Source: Bacillota bacterium
GTDB lineage: Bacteria; Bacillota; SHA-98; Ch115
DNA: 61,692 nt
Assembly (NCBI GenBank): GCA_012842565.1
Contig: DUSO01000165.1
Span: 1 to 61,692 of the forward strand
Direction: 5' to 3'
Part shown: positions 27,930 through 37,219 of the stretch, in pieces
How positions within the stretch are numbered: position 1 is the first letter of the stretch
Layout of the letters: the number at the start of each line of letters is the position of its first letter
Program-made: the position numbers and the translations under genes
The notes under the pieces: generated by a model
The model's input: only the letters and a program-made list of their open reading frames with translations
Databases searched by the model: none
Told to the model about the DNA's origin: nothing

Positions 27930-29513
27930 ATGTCTGGTTTCAGGGCAATTGTGCTGGCAGCCGGTCTCGGCAAGAGGATGAAGTCCAGCATGCCCAAGGT
28001 CCTGCACAAGGTCTGCGGCAGGCCGATTATTTTCTATGTTCTGGATGCAGTTAGTACCGCTGGTGCCTCGAACGTTATTGTTGTCGTGGGACACCGCGGC
28101 GAGCTGGTCGAGGAGGCGGTAGCAGATTGGGAAAGCCGGTTTAACGGCCAAGAGAATAGCCAGGGAAATGGCCGAAAAGATGGCCAGGAAAACGCCCGGG
28201 AAGGTAGCCTGGAAGGTCGCCTGGAAGGTAGCCTGGAAGGTCGCAGGGGAGAAAGCCTGGGCGCCTTTTCCGAGATTGGCCCCCGCGTGAGGTGCGTTTA
28301 CCAGAGAGAACAGTTGGGCACTGCCCATGCCGTGATGCAGGCCGCTGGTGAGTTCCGGGACTATGACGGGCCGGTCGTGGTGGTGGCGGGGGACATGCCA
28401 TTTTTGCCTGCCGGATATATCCGGCGGTTGGTCGACGTGCTGGAATCCGGCGGCGCGAATTCTATCCCTGTCTCGGCAGTGGTGCTGACCGCAATTATGG
28501 AAGAACCCCAGGGCTACGGCCGCATAGTGCGCGGGGAGGACGGCAGGGTCCTGCGGGTGGTAGAGGAGAAGGACGCGACGCCGGAGGAGAAAGCCATCCA
28601 TGAGATAAATAGTTCAGCATATTGCTTTAACGCAAAGGATATTTTTTGCATCCTCAGTGAAGTTAGCAGGGATAATGCGCAGGGCGAGTACTACCTTACG
28701 GACGTTATTCGGATCATGACCGGCCACGGGATGAGGGTGGAGGCTGAGGTAGCCCCGGACCCCGTGACAGTCATGGGAATCAACACAAGGATGGAACTGG
28801 CCAAAGCTGAGGAGATCATGCGTGACAGGGTGCGCCGTTCTCTAATGGAAGAAGGCGTTACCATGATCGATCCTCGTTCCACATTCATTGATGCCGGGGT
28901 CAAGATTGGACGGGACACGGTGGTCTATCCGTTTACCTTCATAGAAGGGAAGACCGTTATAGGGGAAGGCTGCACTATCGGCCCGGAGGCGCGGCTGGTT
29001 AACGTAACTGTGGAGGACGGGGCCAGGATAGAGCGTGCCGTAGTTTATAGCAGCATAATAGGGAGAAATGCCAATGTCGGTCCCTTTGCATACATCCGGC
29101 CTGGAACGGTGCTCAAGGAGAAATCCAAGGTCGGTACCTTTGTGGAAGTCAAGAAATCCACCATAGGCCCCGGGAGCAAGGTGCCGCACCAGAGCTATAT
29201 TGGAGATACCACAATAGGGACGGGTGTAAACGTAGGTGCCGGAACGATCACGTGCAATTATGACGGTCGAGAAAAGCACCCCACAATCATTGACGATGAG
29301 GTGTTCATAGGGAGCAATACCAATCTGGTCGCGCCCGTCAGGGTTGGAAAGGGTGCCTATGTGGCAGCCGGTTCTACCATAACCCAGGATGTGCCGGCAG
29401 GAGCGTTGGGCATTGCGAGAGGGCATCAGAGAAATATTGAAGGGTGGATTGAACGCAGGCGACAGAAAAACAGCGACGTCAGTAGCGGCGATCATGCAGA
29501 TGGCGGGACCTGA
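27930..29513 (+). CDS. glmU: Bifunctional GlcNAc-1-P uridyltransferase / GlcN-1-P acetyltransferase GlmU, with an internal insertion of about 50 aa
   Basis: LAAGLGKRMKS, EQLGTAHAV and YYLTDVI are present, along with left-handed beta-helix hexapeptide repeats and NYDGREKH. Total length is 527 aa. Confidence 0.93.
   Translation: MSGFRAIVLAAGLGKRMKSSMPKVLHKVCGRPIIFYVLDAVSTAGASNVIVVVGHRGELVEEAVADWESRFNGQENSQGNGRKDGQENAREGSLEGRLEGSLEGRRGESLGAFSEIGPRVRCVYQREQLGTAHAVMQAAGEFRDYDGPVVVVAGDMPFLPAGYIRRLVDVLESGGANSIPVSAVVLTAIMEEPQGYGRIVRGEDGRVLRVVEEKDATPEEKAIHEINSSAYCFNAKDIFCILSEVSRDNAQGEYYLTDVIRIMTGHGMRVEAEVAPDPVTVMGINTRMELAKAEEIMRDRVRRSLMEEGVTMIDPRSTFIDAGVKIGRDTVVYPFTFIEGKTVIGEGCTIGPEARLVNVTVEDGARIERAVVYSSIIGRNANVGPFAYIRPGTVLKEKSKVGTFVEVKKSTIGPGSKVPHQSYIGDTTIGTGVNVGAGTITCNYDGREKHPTIIDDEVFIGSNTNLVAPVRVGKGAYVAAGSTITQDVPAGALGIARGHQRNIEGWIERRRQKNSDVSSGDHADGGT
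28143..28262 (+). repeat. In-frame degenerate 12-nt minisatellite (about 10 units) inside glmU
   Basis: Units aacggccaagag/aatagccaggga/aatggccgaaaa/gatggccaggaa/aacgcccgggaa/ggtagcctggaa/ggtcgcctggaa/ggtagcctggaa/ggtcgcagggga/gaaagcctgggc. They encode NGQE-NSQG-NGRK-DGQE-NARE-GSLE-GRLE-GSLE-GRRG-ESLG. Confidence 0.8.
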
Positions 29514-29543
29514 AGCGCGCCTGAAAAGAGGGGGAAGGTATAA

Positions 29544-30488
29544 TTGCTGCCATGCTACAAGAGAATAAAGGTATTTGGCGGTAGTGCCAACCTGCCCCTG
29601 GCCCAGGAGATAGCCGAACACCTTGGGCTTGAGTTGGGGCGCATGAAAATAGATAGATTCCAGGACGGCGAGACCCGCGTTCGCATCGAGGAAACGGTTA
29701 GAGGAGCTGATGTATTCATCGTCCAGCCGACTTGCTGGCCTGTAAATGACAACCTCGTTGAACTCCTGATAATTGTAGATGCTATGCGCAGGGCATCAGC
29801 CAAGACGATCACCGCCGTGATACCCTACTACGGGTATGCAAGGCAGGATCGCAAGACCGCACCGCGCGACCCGATTACTGCTAAGCTTGTCGCTAACCTG
29901 CTCGTCAGCGCAGGAACGCAGCGTGTTGTGACCGTGGACCTCCACGCTGGCCAGATTCAAGGGTTCTTCGATATTCCCGTCGACCCCCTGATTGCCATGC
30001 CGATCCTGGCCGATTATTACAAGAGCGTTGGATTCAGTGGGGTGATAGTCTCCCCTGATATCGGGGGGGCGACCCGGGCGAGAGCCATGGCTGAGCGGTT
30101 GCACGCGGGCTTGGCCATTGTAGACAAGAGGAGGCCGGAGCCCAACGTGGCCGAGGCCATGAACGTAATAGGGGATGTGGCAGGCAAAGAGGTGCTGCTG
30201 GTGGACGACATAATTGATACAGCGGGCACGGTTGTCAATGTGGCAGCCAAGCTCCGTGAAGCAGGAGCAAAGGACGTATTTGCATGCTGCACTCATGCCG
30301 TCCTGTCGGGAAGCGCTGTCGAGCGGCTGGAACAGTCGGCTATCAAAGAGATAGTCGTCACAAACACCATTCCTATCCCGCCGGAAAAGAGGATTGACAA
30401 GATAAAGATCCTGTCCGTGGCACCGTTACTAGCCGAGGCCATCCGGCGCATCTATGAGGAGCTCTCGGTAAGTGTGCTCTTTGACTAA
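29544..30488 (+). CDS. prs: Ribose-phosphate pyrophosphokinase
   Basis: ..[25 protein letters not shown].., [12 protein letters not shown] and the PRPP-binding [13 protein letters not shown] motif. TTG start after GGGGGAAGG. Confidence 0.93.
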   Translation: MLPCYKRIKVFGGSANLPLAQEIAEHLGLELGRMKIDRFQDGETRVRIEETVRGADVFIVQPTCWPVNDNLVELLIIVDAMRRASAKTITAVIPYYGYARQDRKTAPRDPITAKLVANLLVSAGTQRVVTVDLHAGQIQGFFDIPVDPLIAMPILADYYKSVGFSGVIVSPDIGGATRARAMAERLHAGLAIVDKRRPEPNVAEAMNVIGDVAGKEVLLVDDIIDTAGTVVNVAAKLREAGAKDVFACCTHAVLSGSAVERLEQSAIKEIVVTNTIPIPPEKRIDKIKILSVAPLLAEAIRRIYEELSVSVLFD

Positions 30489-30590
30489 TGGGGTCAGAAC
30501 CTCCGCTTATGGAGCCGTAGAGAGTAGCAAGGGTTGGTCAACGCGTAGCGGTCTGCGGCGGGCCCCGCGGCTCTTTCCTTGAAGGATTTG

Positions 30591-30619
30591 TTTCATCCGG
30601 GCCTTATCTGTGGTATACT
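30591..30619 (+). promoter_or_regulatory. Candidate promoter upstream of ctc
   Basis: TTTCAT, 17-nt spacer, TGg-TATACT extended -10. It would give a leader of about 200 nt. Confidence 0.35.
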
Positions 30620-30822
30620 TTCTCTTGGTGCCGAAGGCCTATCTTGGCCACCAGCCTGTGTGCGGCACCAGTAGCCCGCAGGTGGCGCAGGGTTTACATG
30701 CAGGCGTTTGTGTTTCCAGCGGCGTGTGTTTCTATCGTTACGTGCCTTTAAGTTTCGATGAATTGACTTTGATGGTTTGAGAGGGGGTTGGTGCGGCGCC
30801 ATTGTGGCGTTGCGGAGTCTTC

Positions 30823-31488
30823 ATGAGAGAGGTTGCACTTTCCTGTGAGGTAAGAACTGCTGTTGGGAAGGGTCCCAACCGGAGAGCACGCCAGGAGGGA
30901 CGGATACCCGCAATCGTCTATGGAAAGGGTACCCAGCCTGTTCCCATTTCGGTCAATGCCCGGGAGCTATCGAGATTGCTGGGCCAGGGGCTGTCTGGCA
31001 AGCTTATCAAGCTTGCCATAAAGGATGGCGAGGCTCCCGTTGAAAAGACTGCCGTACTTAAGGAAGTCCAGCGTGACTTTAGAGAGGGCCGGGTCCTTCA
31101 TGTGGATTTCCAGGAGGTTTCGTTGACCGACAAGATAACGACCAAGATCCCCGTGGTCCTCGTCGGCGAGGACAGGCGCAAGAGCGACGGGGGGATCCTC
31201 GAGCACCAGCTGTGGGAGCTTGAGATTCAGGCCATTCCCACCGAGATCCCCGAAAAAATTGAGGTTGATGTGTCCGGTCTTACCATAGGGGATACGCTTA
31301 AGGTCTCCGACTTGAAAGTAGACCCCGGCATCAAGATCCTGACGGACGGAGATGAGCCTGTAGTTACGGTTGCAGTGCCGACCAAGGCAGAGGCGGAAGT
31401 AGAAGCTCCGAAGGCTGCTCCTGGGGAGGCCGGGGCCGAAGCGGGTACTGCTGCCGGCACAGAGGGCGAAGGCAAGCGGGAGGCCTAA
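30823..31488 (+). CDS. ctc: 50S ribosomal protein L25 / general stress protein Ctc
   Basis: ..GKGPNRRARQEGRIPAIVYGKG..P..I.. L25 N-domain, Ctc C-domain and an acidic/Ala-rich tail. The start is set at the second ATG (30823). Confidence 0.9.
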   Translation: MREVALSCEVRTAVGKGPNRRARQEGRIPAIVYGKGTQPVPISVNARELSRLLGQGLSGKLIKLAIKDGEAPVEKTAVLKEVQRDFREGRVLHVDFQEVSLTDKITTKIPVVLVGEDRRKSDGGILEHQLWELEIQAIPTEIPEKIEVDVSGLTIGDTLKVSDLKVDPGIKILTDGDEPVVTVAVPTKAEAEVEAPKAAPGEAGAEAGTAAGTEGEGKREA

Positions 31489-31496
31489 GCAGGATC

Positions 31497-32069
31497 ATGA
31501 GGCTGGTCGTCGGTCTTGGCAACCCGGGCAGTAGCTATGAAGGGTCTCGCCACAATGTGGGGTTTAGGGTGATAGATCTCCTGGCCCGGCGGTCGGGGAT
31601 CACTACAAAAGAGCGCCGGTTCCGGGCGCTCCTCGGCTATGGTAAGATCGGGAGCCAGGATGTAATCCTGGCCAAACCCCTAACCTATATGAACCTGAGC
31701 GGTTACGCCGTAAAGGCTATCATGGACTGGCACAGCCTTGAGACATCACAACTGCTGGTAGTGTATGATGACATGGACCTCGACCTGGGCAGGATAAGAA
31801 TCCGTCCCAGGGGTAGCGCCGGCGGGCATAACGGCATGAAATCCATCATAACCCTTGTAGGCAGTGAAGATTTTCCGAGGGTCAGGGTGGGCATCGGCAA
31901 GCCCTCCCCGTCCCTCGACAGTGTCGAGCATGTGCTCGGGTGGTTTTCAGCCGAGGAGATGCCTGTCATCTCCACAGCCATTGAATGGGCCGCCAATGCT
32001 GTGGAGCTTTGTATCCAGGAGGGCCTGGACGAGGCCATGAATCGCTACAATGGCCTCGTCATTGATTAA
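31497..32069 (+). CDS. pth: Peptidyl-tRNA hydrolase
   Basis: MRLVVGLGNPGSSYEGSRHNVGF... and ..GSAGGHNGMKSI.. are canonical Pth motifs. Confidence 0.93.
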   Translation: MRLVVGLGNPGSSYEGSRHNVGFRVIDLLARRSGITTKERRFRALLGYGKIGSQDVILAKPLTYMNLSGYAVKAIMDWHSLETSQLLVVYDDMDLDLGRIRIRPRGSAGGHNGMKSIITLVGSEDFPRVRVGIGKPSPSLDSVEHVLGWFSAEEMPVISTAIEWAANAVELCIQEGLDEAMNRYNGLVID

Positions 32070-32323
32070 TGCCCTCGCATGAGCTCCTGTCTGAACCCTG
32101 CCTGGGCCGCGGCGATTCCTTGTTCTACCAGGCTTCGTTCGGCGGCCTCGATCATTCGCTTCACCATCATCCCGCCTATTAGGCCGCACTGGCTGGAAGG
32201 AATACCGCCCCAGTAGTCACCCGGGGGCTTACTTAAACCCAGGTCCTGTATAATCTTGTCTTTGAAAGTTTCAATAGCCTGCTCTACCTGCGGCACAGCG
32301 TGCGCTTTCTTCCGTCTTGGCAT
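32066..32323 (-). CDS. Alpha/beta-type small acid-soluble spore protein (divergent)
   Basis: 85 aa. ..FKDKIIQDLGL.. and ..SQCGLIGGMMVKRMIE.. approximate the two SASP signatures (K-x-E-[LIV]-A-x-[DE]-x-G and G-x-V-G-G-x-x-x-[KR]-[KR]-[LIVM]). RBS GGGAGG. Confidence 0.75.
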   Translation of the reverse strand: MPRRKKAHAVPQVEQAIETFKDKIIQDLGLSKPPGDYWGGIPSSQCGLIGGMMVKRMIEAAERSLVEQGIAAAQAGFRQELMRGH

Positions 32324-32342
32324 ATTCTGGCCTCCCGGTTTT

Positions 32343-32371
32343 TAGGTTGCCAGCGAGAGCCTGAGATATTC
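32343..32371 (-). promoter_or_regulatory. Possible forespore (sigma-G/F-type) promoter for the SASP gene
   Basis: On the minus strand: GAATA (32371..32367), 17-nt spacer, CAACCTA (32349..32343), compared with the consensus GnATA-N17/18-CATnnTA. Confidence 0.35.
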
Positions 32372-32456
32372 GAGGAAGCTTCCGGAAGGCCAGGAATCCC
32401 CGTCCATGGGTTGTGGTAAGGCCCCGATGATCGATAACCCACGCTGGCCGGGTGCC

Positions 32457-32485
32457 TTGACCGGCGAGTAGGAGCAGCGTATACT
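32457..32485 (+). promoter_or_regulatory. Candidate sigma-A promoter upstream of mfd
   Basis: TTGACC, 17-nt spacer, TATACT. It lies about 190 nt upstream of the mfd ATG. Confidence 0.45.
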
Positions 32486-32682
32486 GGAATTGGATCGCCC
32501 ATAACATCGCGGCTCGCTCGCTCATGGCGACATGGCGAGTTGATTGCCTGCGGCGAATTCATTGATGCGTTTATATACTCGCGCATGCGGATATCCTATC
32601 CCTTTGGTCCCCCGGCCCGGGGGGACCTTAATGGGATAATATTGCTATGTACACGGCGCACGTGACAGTCGAGGGGAAATGC

Positions 32683-35600
32683 ATGAAGGGATTGCTTGAC
32701 GTCCTAGTCGAATCAGAAGTATTCAAATCCATAAGGCGAAGCATTACAGCCGGGGTGCCGACGCAGACGGTACAGGGGCTTTCAGGCTCGCCAAAGACCT
32801 ACTTCATAAGCAGCCTCTATTCAACACTTGCAAGATCAATTGCCATCGTGACCTACAGTCTCCAGCAGGCCGAGAAGCTCCTGACTGACTTCAATACATT
32901 TCTGGGCCCCGGCAGAGCCTTCATCTTTCCCCCCCTCGAGGTGTTTCCTCATGAGGAAGTCCGGGAAAGCCCGGACATCCTGTATGATCGCCTCAAGGTC
33001 GAGACCATGCTGGCCCAGGGCAGGCAGATGATCGTCATCCTACCTTCCAGGTCATTGATCCGCAAGCTGATCCCCGGCCGGGCATGGGCACATGGCCTTT
33101 TCGCATTAACCCCCGGCACGGTGATGGATCTCGAGGCCCTGACCCGGCGCCTGGTCACGATGGGCTTTGAACGCGTCGAGATGGTGGAGCACAGGGGACA
33201 GTTCAGCGTCCGGGGCGGCATAGTAGATATTTTCCCCACAGGGAGTGATGCGCCTTTTCGGGTGGAGTTCTTTGGTGACGAGGTAGATTCCATAAGAGAG
33301 TTTGATCCCGCAACGCAAAGGACGACTTGTCATTTAGAATCGGCAAGCCTGGCACCTGCTCGTGAGTTTGTCCTGGATATGAGTGAGGATATTAAATCCG
33401 AATGCCTGAACAGGATAAGAACAGAACTGGGAGAGACTTGCAGGAGGCTTACCAACCTCGGAGCGCGGGACCGGGCAAAGGAGATCGAGGGCCGGGTCAA
33501 CTCCCATCTCGAAAAGCTCGAGCGAGGTATCTACTTTGATTCTGACGAGCAGTATGCGCCCTTCTTTTACAGGGATATGGAATCTATTCTCGACCGGATG
33601 CCAGGGGCCCTCGTCATTCTGGATGAGCCGGCCCGCATACGTGAATCACTATCGGCTGCTTTCAAGGAGATTCATGAGGGTTACATCTCTCTTCTTGAAA
33701 GGGGAGCTATTCTCCCGTCTCAGGCAAATATCTACGCCGGGCCCGAGGACATTACAGGGATGCTCCGCAAGCGTGAGACGCTGGGCCTGACCTTCATTCC
33801 AAAGGGTACGGACTTTTATGGCGAGGCGAGGGTGTGGAATTTCCAGGCCAGGACGGCGGAGTCGTTCAACGGCAACATGGAGCTGCTGGTCAAGGCCCTC
33901 CAGTCGTGGAGGCGAAAGTCCTATTCTGTTGTAGCCTTCGTGTCTACCACGAACAGGGCCCGCGGCCTCGTAGAGTCTCTGAGACAGAATGATGTGCCTG
34001 CCCTATACTGTGAGAGACCTGGAAGTGAGGTAAAGCCGGGCAACGTGGTTGTCACCGTGGGGGAGCTGGAAAACGGCTTTGAATTCCCGTCGCAACGGCT
34101 CATAGTGCTCACCGACCTGGAGATCTACGGGGCGCCTAAGAAGAAGAGGCGGGTCATCCCGACCGAAGATGCCGGCAAGATATCTTCATATACAGATCTC
34201 GTCCCCGGGGATTATGTTGTCCATGTAAACCATGGCATAGGGAAGTACCTGGGGGTACAGACCCTTGAGGTTGCGGGGGTCAAGAGAGACTACCTGGTGG
34301 TAAAATACGCGGGCGAGGACAAGCTCTATGTCCCGACCGACCAGGTGCATCTCCTGCAGAAATATATAGGCCTGGAGGAATCGGTGCCCAAGATATATAA
34401 GCTGGGAGGCTCCGAGTGGTCCAAGGTCAAAAATCGCGTGCGGGAAACTGTAAGAGATATTGCGAAGAAACTCATTGACCTCTACGCCGTGAGGGAGGCC
34501 ACCAAGGGACATGCCTTCTCGCCCGATACAGTATGGCAGAAGGAATTCGAGGAGATGTTTCCCTATGAAGAGACTCCTGACCAGTGGAGGGCCATTGAGG
34601 AAGTCAAACGGGACATGGAAAAGCCTCGCCCCATGGATCGCCTCCTCTGTGGAGATGTAGGCTATGGCAAGACCGAGGTCGCGATCAGGGCGGCGTTCAA
34701 GGCCGTCATGGACAACAAGCAGGCTGCCATGCTTGTACCGACTACGATCCTGGCTCAACAGCACTATGGGACGTTTTGCGATAGGTTCCAGGGTTTTCCG
34801 GTGAAAATAGCCGTCTTGAGCCGGTTTCAATCGGACAAAGAGCAACAGGAGGTGCTGAAAGGGCTCAGGAGGGGCGATATCGACATAGTCATAGGGACCC
34901 ACCGCCTCCTGCAGCGTGACGTGAAATTCAAGGACTTAGGTCTCCTCATCGTTGACGAGGAACAGCGTTTCGGCGTGATGCATAAAGAGGCGCTGAAGGA
35001 ATTAAAGAAAAACGTGGACGTATTGACCCTTACGGCGACTCCGATACCGAGGACCCTTCATATGTCGCTTGTTGGCATTAGAGACATGAGCCTGATTCAG
35101 ACCCCACCAGAAAACAGGTTTCCTGTGCGAACTTATGTTATGGAGTATGATGAAAACGTCATCCACGATGCCATACTGCGCGAACTCGACCGGGGCGGGC
35201 AGGTTTACTTTGTGCACAACAGGATTCAATCCATAGAATCATGCGCGTCAAGGCTTGCGGAGCTAGTGCCGGGGATCAGGATCGGCATTGCGCACGGGCA
35301 GATGCCGGAGGAACGTCTCGAGAAGACCATGCTGCAGTTCCTTGACAGGGACTACGACGTACTTGTATGTACTACCATCATCGAAAACGGTCTCGACATT
35401 CCCAACGTGAATACCATTATAGTCGATGATGCTGATACCCTGGGGCTGGCACAGCTCTACCAGCTCCGCGGCCGGGTAGGCAGGGCGAACCGGGTGGCGT
35501 ATGCCTATTTTATGTACCGCAAGGACCGGATTCTCGCTGAGGCTGCAGAGAAGAGGCTCGAGGCTATAAAGGAGTTTACGGACCTTGGATCTGGATTCAA

Positions 35601-36222
35601 GATAGCCATGCGTGACCTCGAGATTCGTGGAGCCGGTAACATCCTTGGCCCCGAGCAGCACGGGCATATAGCTGCCGTAGGTTTTGAGCTATATGCCGAG
35701 CTCATGCGGGATTCTATAAGGGAGCTCAAGGGAGAGGAGATAAGCCAGGAAATACCCGATCCCATAATCGAATTGCCAGTAAGCGCTTTCATTCCCGATG
35801 ATTACGTCCCTGATAGCAGGCAGAAAGTGGAGCTCTATAAGAAAGTGAATGCCATCTCCTGCGGGGAGGACGCCAGCGATCTCGAAGACGAGATTCGAGA
35901 CAGGTTTGGGGAGCTACCACCCCCTGTGCATAACCTGTTGCTCATAGCCCGCATCAAGGCTGCCGCAAAGAATGCCGGAGTTACGTCCATCGCGTCTCAA
36001 CGGGACGGAGTCACTATCAAGTTGTCGCCATTTGTCAGTGTATCCGGCGAGGACTTGATGGCAGTTGTCCGGGCCCACCGGGGGAAGGTCAGGGCCGAGT
36101 TCGGCCGTTCGCCTGCGCTCAAGATAAGGTCCTCAGATCTCAACGATTCAGATCTCCTGGCTTTGGTCGAGGCCTGCATATTGGGCATAGGGACAAGGAG
36201 AAAGGCGGTTAGTGGTGAATAG
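32683..36222 (+). CDS. mfd: Transcription-repair coupling factor
   Basis: UvrB-homology N-terminal region, CarD/RID region (..GDYVVHVNHGIGKY..), SF2 helicase motifs (GDVGYGKTEVA, DEEQRFG, TATPIPRT, QLRGRVGR) and a TRG/C-terminal domain. Start after GAGGGGAA. Confidence 0.95.
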   Translation: MKGLLDVLVESEVFKSIRRSITAGVPTQTVQGLSGSPKTYFISSLYSTLARSIAIVTYSLQQAEKLLTDFNTFLGPGRAFIFPPLEVFPHEEVRESPDILYDRLKVETMLAQGRQMIVILPSRSLIRKLIPGRAWAHGLFALTPGTVMDLEALTRRLVTMGFERVEMVEHRGQFSVRGGIVDIFPTGSDAPFRVEFFGDEVDSIREFDPATQRTTCHLESASLAPAREFVLDMSEDIKSECLNRIRTELGETCRRLTNLGARDRAKEIEGRVNSHLEKLERGIYFDSDEQYAPFFYRDMESILDRMPGALVILDEPARIRESLSAAFKEIHEGYISLLERGAILPSQANIYAGPEDITGMLRKRETLGLTFIPKGTDFYGEARVWNFQARTAESFNGNMELLVKALQSWRRKSYSVVAFVSTTNRARGLVESLRQNDVPALYCERPGSEVKPGNVVVTVGELENGFEFPSQRLIVLTDLEIYGAPKKKRRVIPTEDAGKISSYTDLVPGDYVVHVNHGIGKYLGVQTLEVAGVKRDYLVVKYAGEDKLYVPTDQVHLLQKYIGLEESVPKIYKLGGSEWSKVKNRVRETVRDIAKKLIDLYAVREATKGHAFSPDTVWQKEFEEMFPYEETPDQWRAIEEVKRDMEKPRPMDRLLCGDVGYGKTEVAIRAAFKAVMDNKQAAMLVPTTILAQQHYGTFCDRFQGFPVKIAVLSRFQSDKEQQEVLKGLRRGDIDIVIGTHRLLQRDVKFKDLGLLIVDEEQRFGVMHKEALKELKKNVDVLTLTATPIPRTLHMSLVGIRDMSLIQTPPENRFPVRTYVMEYDENVIHDAILRELDRGGQVYFVHNRIQSIESCASRLAELVPGIRIGIAHGQMPEERLEKTMLQFLDRDYDVLVCTTIIENGLDIPNVNTIIVDDADTLGLAQLYQLRGRVGRANRVAYAYFMYRKDRILAEAAEKRLEAIKEFTDLGSGFKIAMRDLEIRGAGNILGPEQHGHIAAVGFELYAELMRDSIRELKGEEISQEIPDPIIELPVSAFIPDDYVPDSRQKVELYKKVNAISCGEDASDLEDEIRDRFGELPPPVHNLLLIARIKAAAKNAGVTSIASQRDGVTIKLSPFVSVSGEDLMAVVRAHRGKVRAEFGRSPALKIRSSDLNDSDLLALVEACILGIGTRRKAVSGE

Positions 36223-36310
36223 GCTTTCAGCGCGAAATGGTGGATATGGCAAATGAGGGATATCTTACCATGTTGCGGCGCCTGCGTGCCTGGTAGAAGT
36301 GGTAAGAGCT

Positions 36311-36340
36311 GAATAAAACTGCTAATGCAGTTATATACTA
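36311..36340 (+). promoter_or_regulatory. Sigma-G-type promoter upstream of spoVT
   Basis: GAATA (36311-36315), 18-nt spacer, TATACTA (36334-36340), compared with the consensus GnATA-N18-CATACTA. B. subtilis spoVT is sigma-G dependent. Confidence 0.45.
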
Positions 36341-36417
36341 TGGGAGGAATCCGGGTACTTGCCGAATAGGGTGGGAATGAATGTGCAAGAATAAACAACG
36401 GAGAAGGAGGGGTGGTA

Positions 36418-36981
36418 ATGAAGGCAACGGGGATAGTGAGGCGTATAGATGATCTTGGAAGAGTCGTCATTCCCAAGGAGATCAGGAGAACTCTGAGAAT
36501 TCGCGAAGGGGATCCCCTGGAGATCTTCGTTGACAGGGAGGGTGAGGTCATCCTCAAGAAGTATTCTCCCATAGGCGAACTGGGGGATTTTGCCAAGGAA
36601 TATGCGGATTCTCTTTATGAGGCCACCGGCCATATTGCGCTAATCGCTGACCGCGATGCAATCATCGCGGTAGCAGGGGCGCCCAAAAAGCAATTCATGG
36701 ACAAACGGATTTCGCCGGCCGTAGAACGTGCCATGGAAGAAAGAAAGTCGGTTATCATGAGCCAACCGGGCAAACATGAGTATTGCGAAGCTTGCCCAAT
36801 CTTAGAGGAAGGTGAGGAGTGTAAGTTTACCGCGCAGGTGATAGCGCCGATTATCGCCGAAGGGGATCCAATCGGTGCCGTCATACTTACCTCGATGACC
36901 CCGGACGTCAAGATGGGGGACCTTGAGCTCAAGCTCACTGAGACGGCAGCGGGGTTTTTGGCGAAACAGATGGAGCAGTAG
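36418..36981 (+). CDS. spoVT: Stage V sporulation protein T (AbrB-family regulator with GAF-like C-domain)
   Basis: MKATGIVRRIDDLGRVVIPKEIRRTLRIREGDPLEIF is nearly invariant in SpoVT. RBS AAGGAGG. Confidence 0.93.
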   Translation: MKATGIVRRIDDLGRVVIPKEIRRTLRIREGDPLEIFVDREGEVILKKYSPIGELGDFAKEYADSLYEATGHIALIADRDAIIAVAGAPKKQFMDKRISPAVERAMEERKSVIMSQPGKHEYCEACPILEEGEECKFTAQVIAPIIAEGDPIGAVILTSMTPDVKMGDLELKLTETAAGFLAKQMEQ

Positions 36982-37056
36982 CCAGGGACTGTAACCAAGT
37001 AGCACGGGGTCATAACGGCCGGCCGGTCAGGCTTACCGGCAGGGTAGATTCAAGAA

Positions 37057-37092
37057 GGCAGGGTGTCCGAGGGATGCCCTGCCGTTTGTTGT
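37057..37092 (+). terminator. Rho-independent terminator after spoVT
   Basis: GGCAGGG-13 nt loop-CCCTGCC followed by GTTTGTTGT. Confidence 0.55.
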
Positions 37093-37219
37093 ACACTGAG
37101 GCCGCCCGCCATGCCCTGGCTGTATCACGATATACTTGAAATGGGTGTGGAAACGGGGACCCGTTTAGGCTATACTTGTGCTGTGTACTATTCGACGATT
37201 GCGGGGTGTAAGACGCCCG

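Noticed and set aside
27654-28601. 315-aa minus-strand ORF containing FQATFQATFQAT
   Set aside because: It is antisense to glmU. The peptide repeat is simply the reverse-complement reading of the glmU 12-nt minisatellite.
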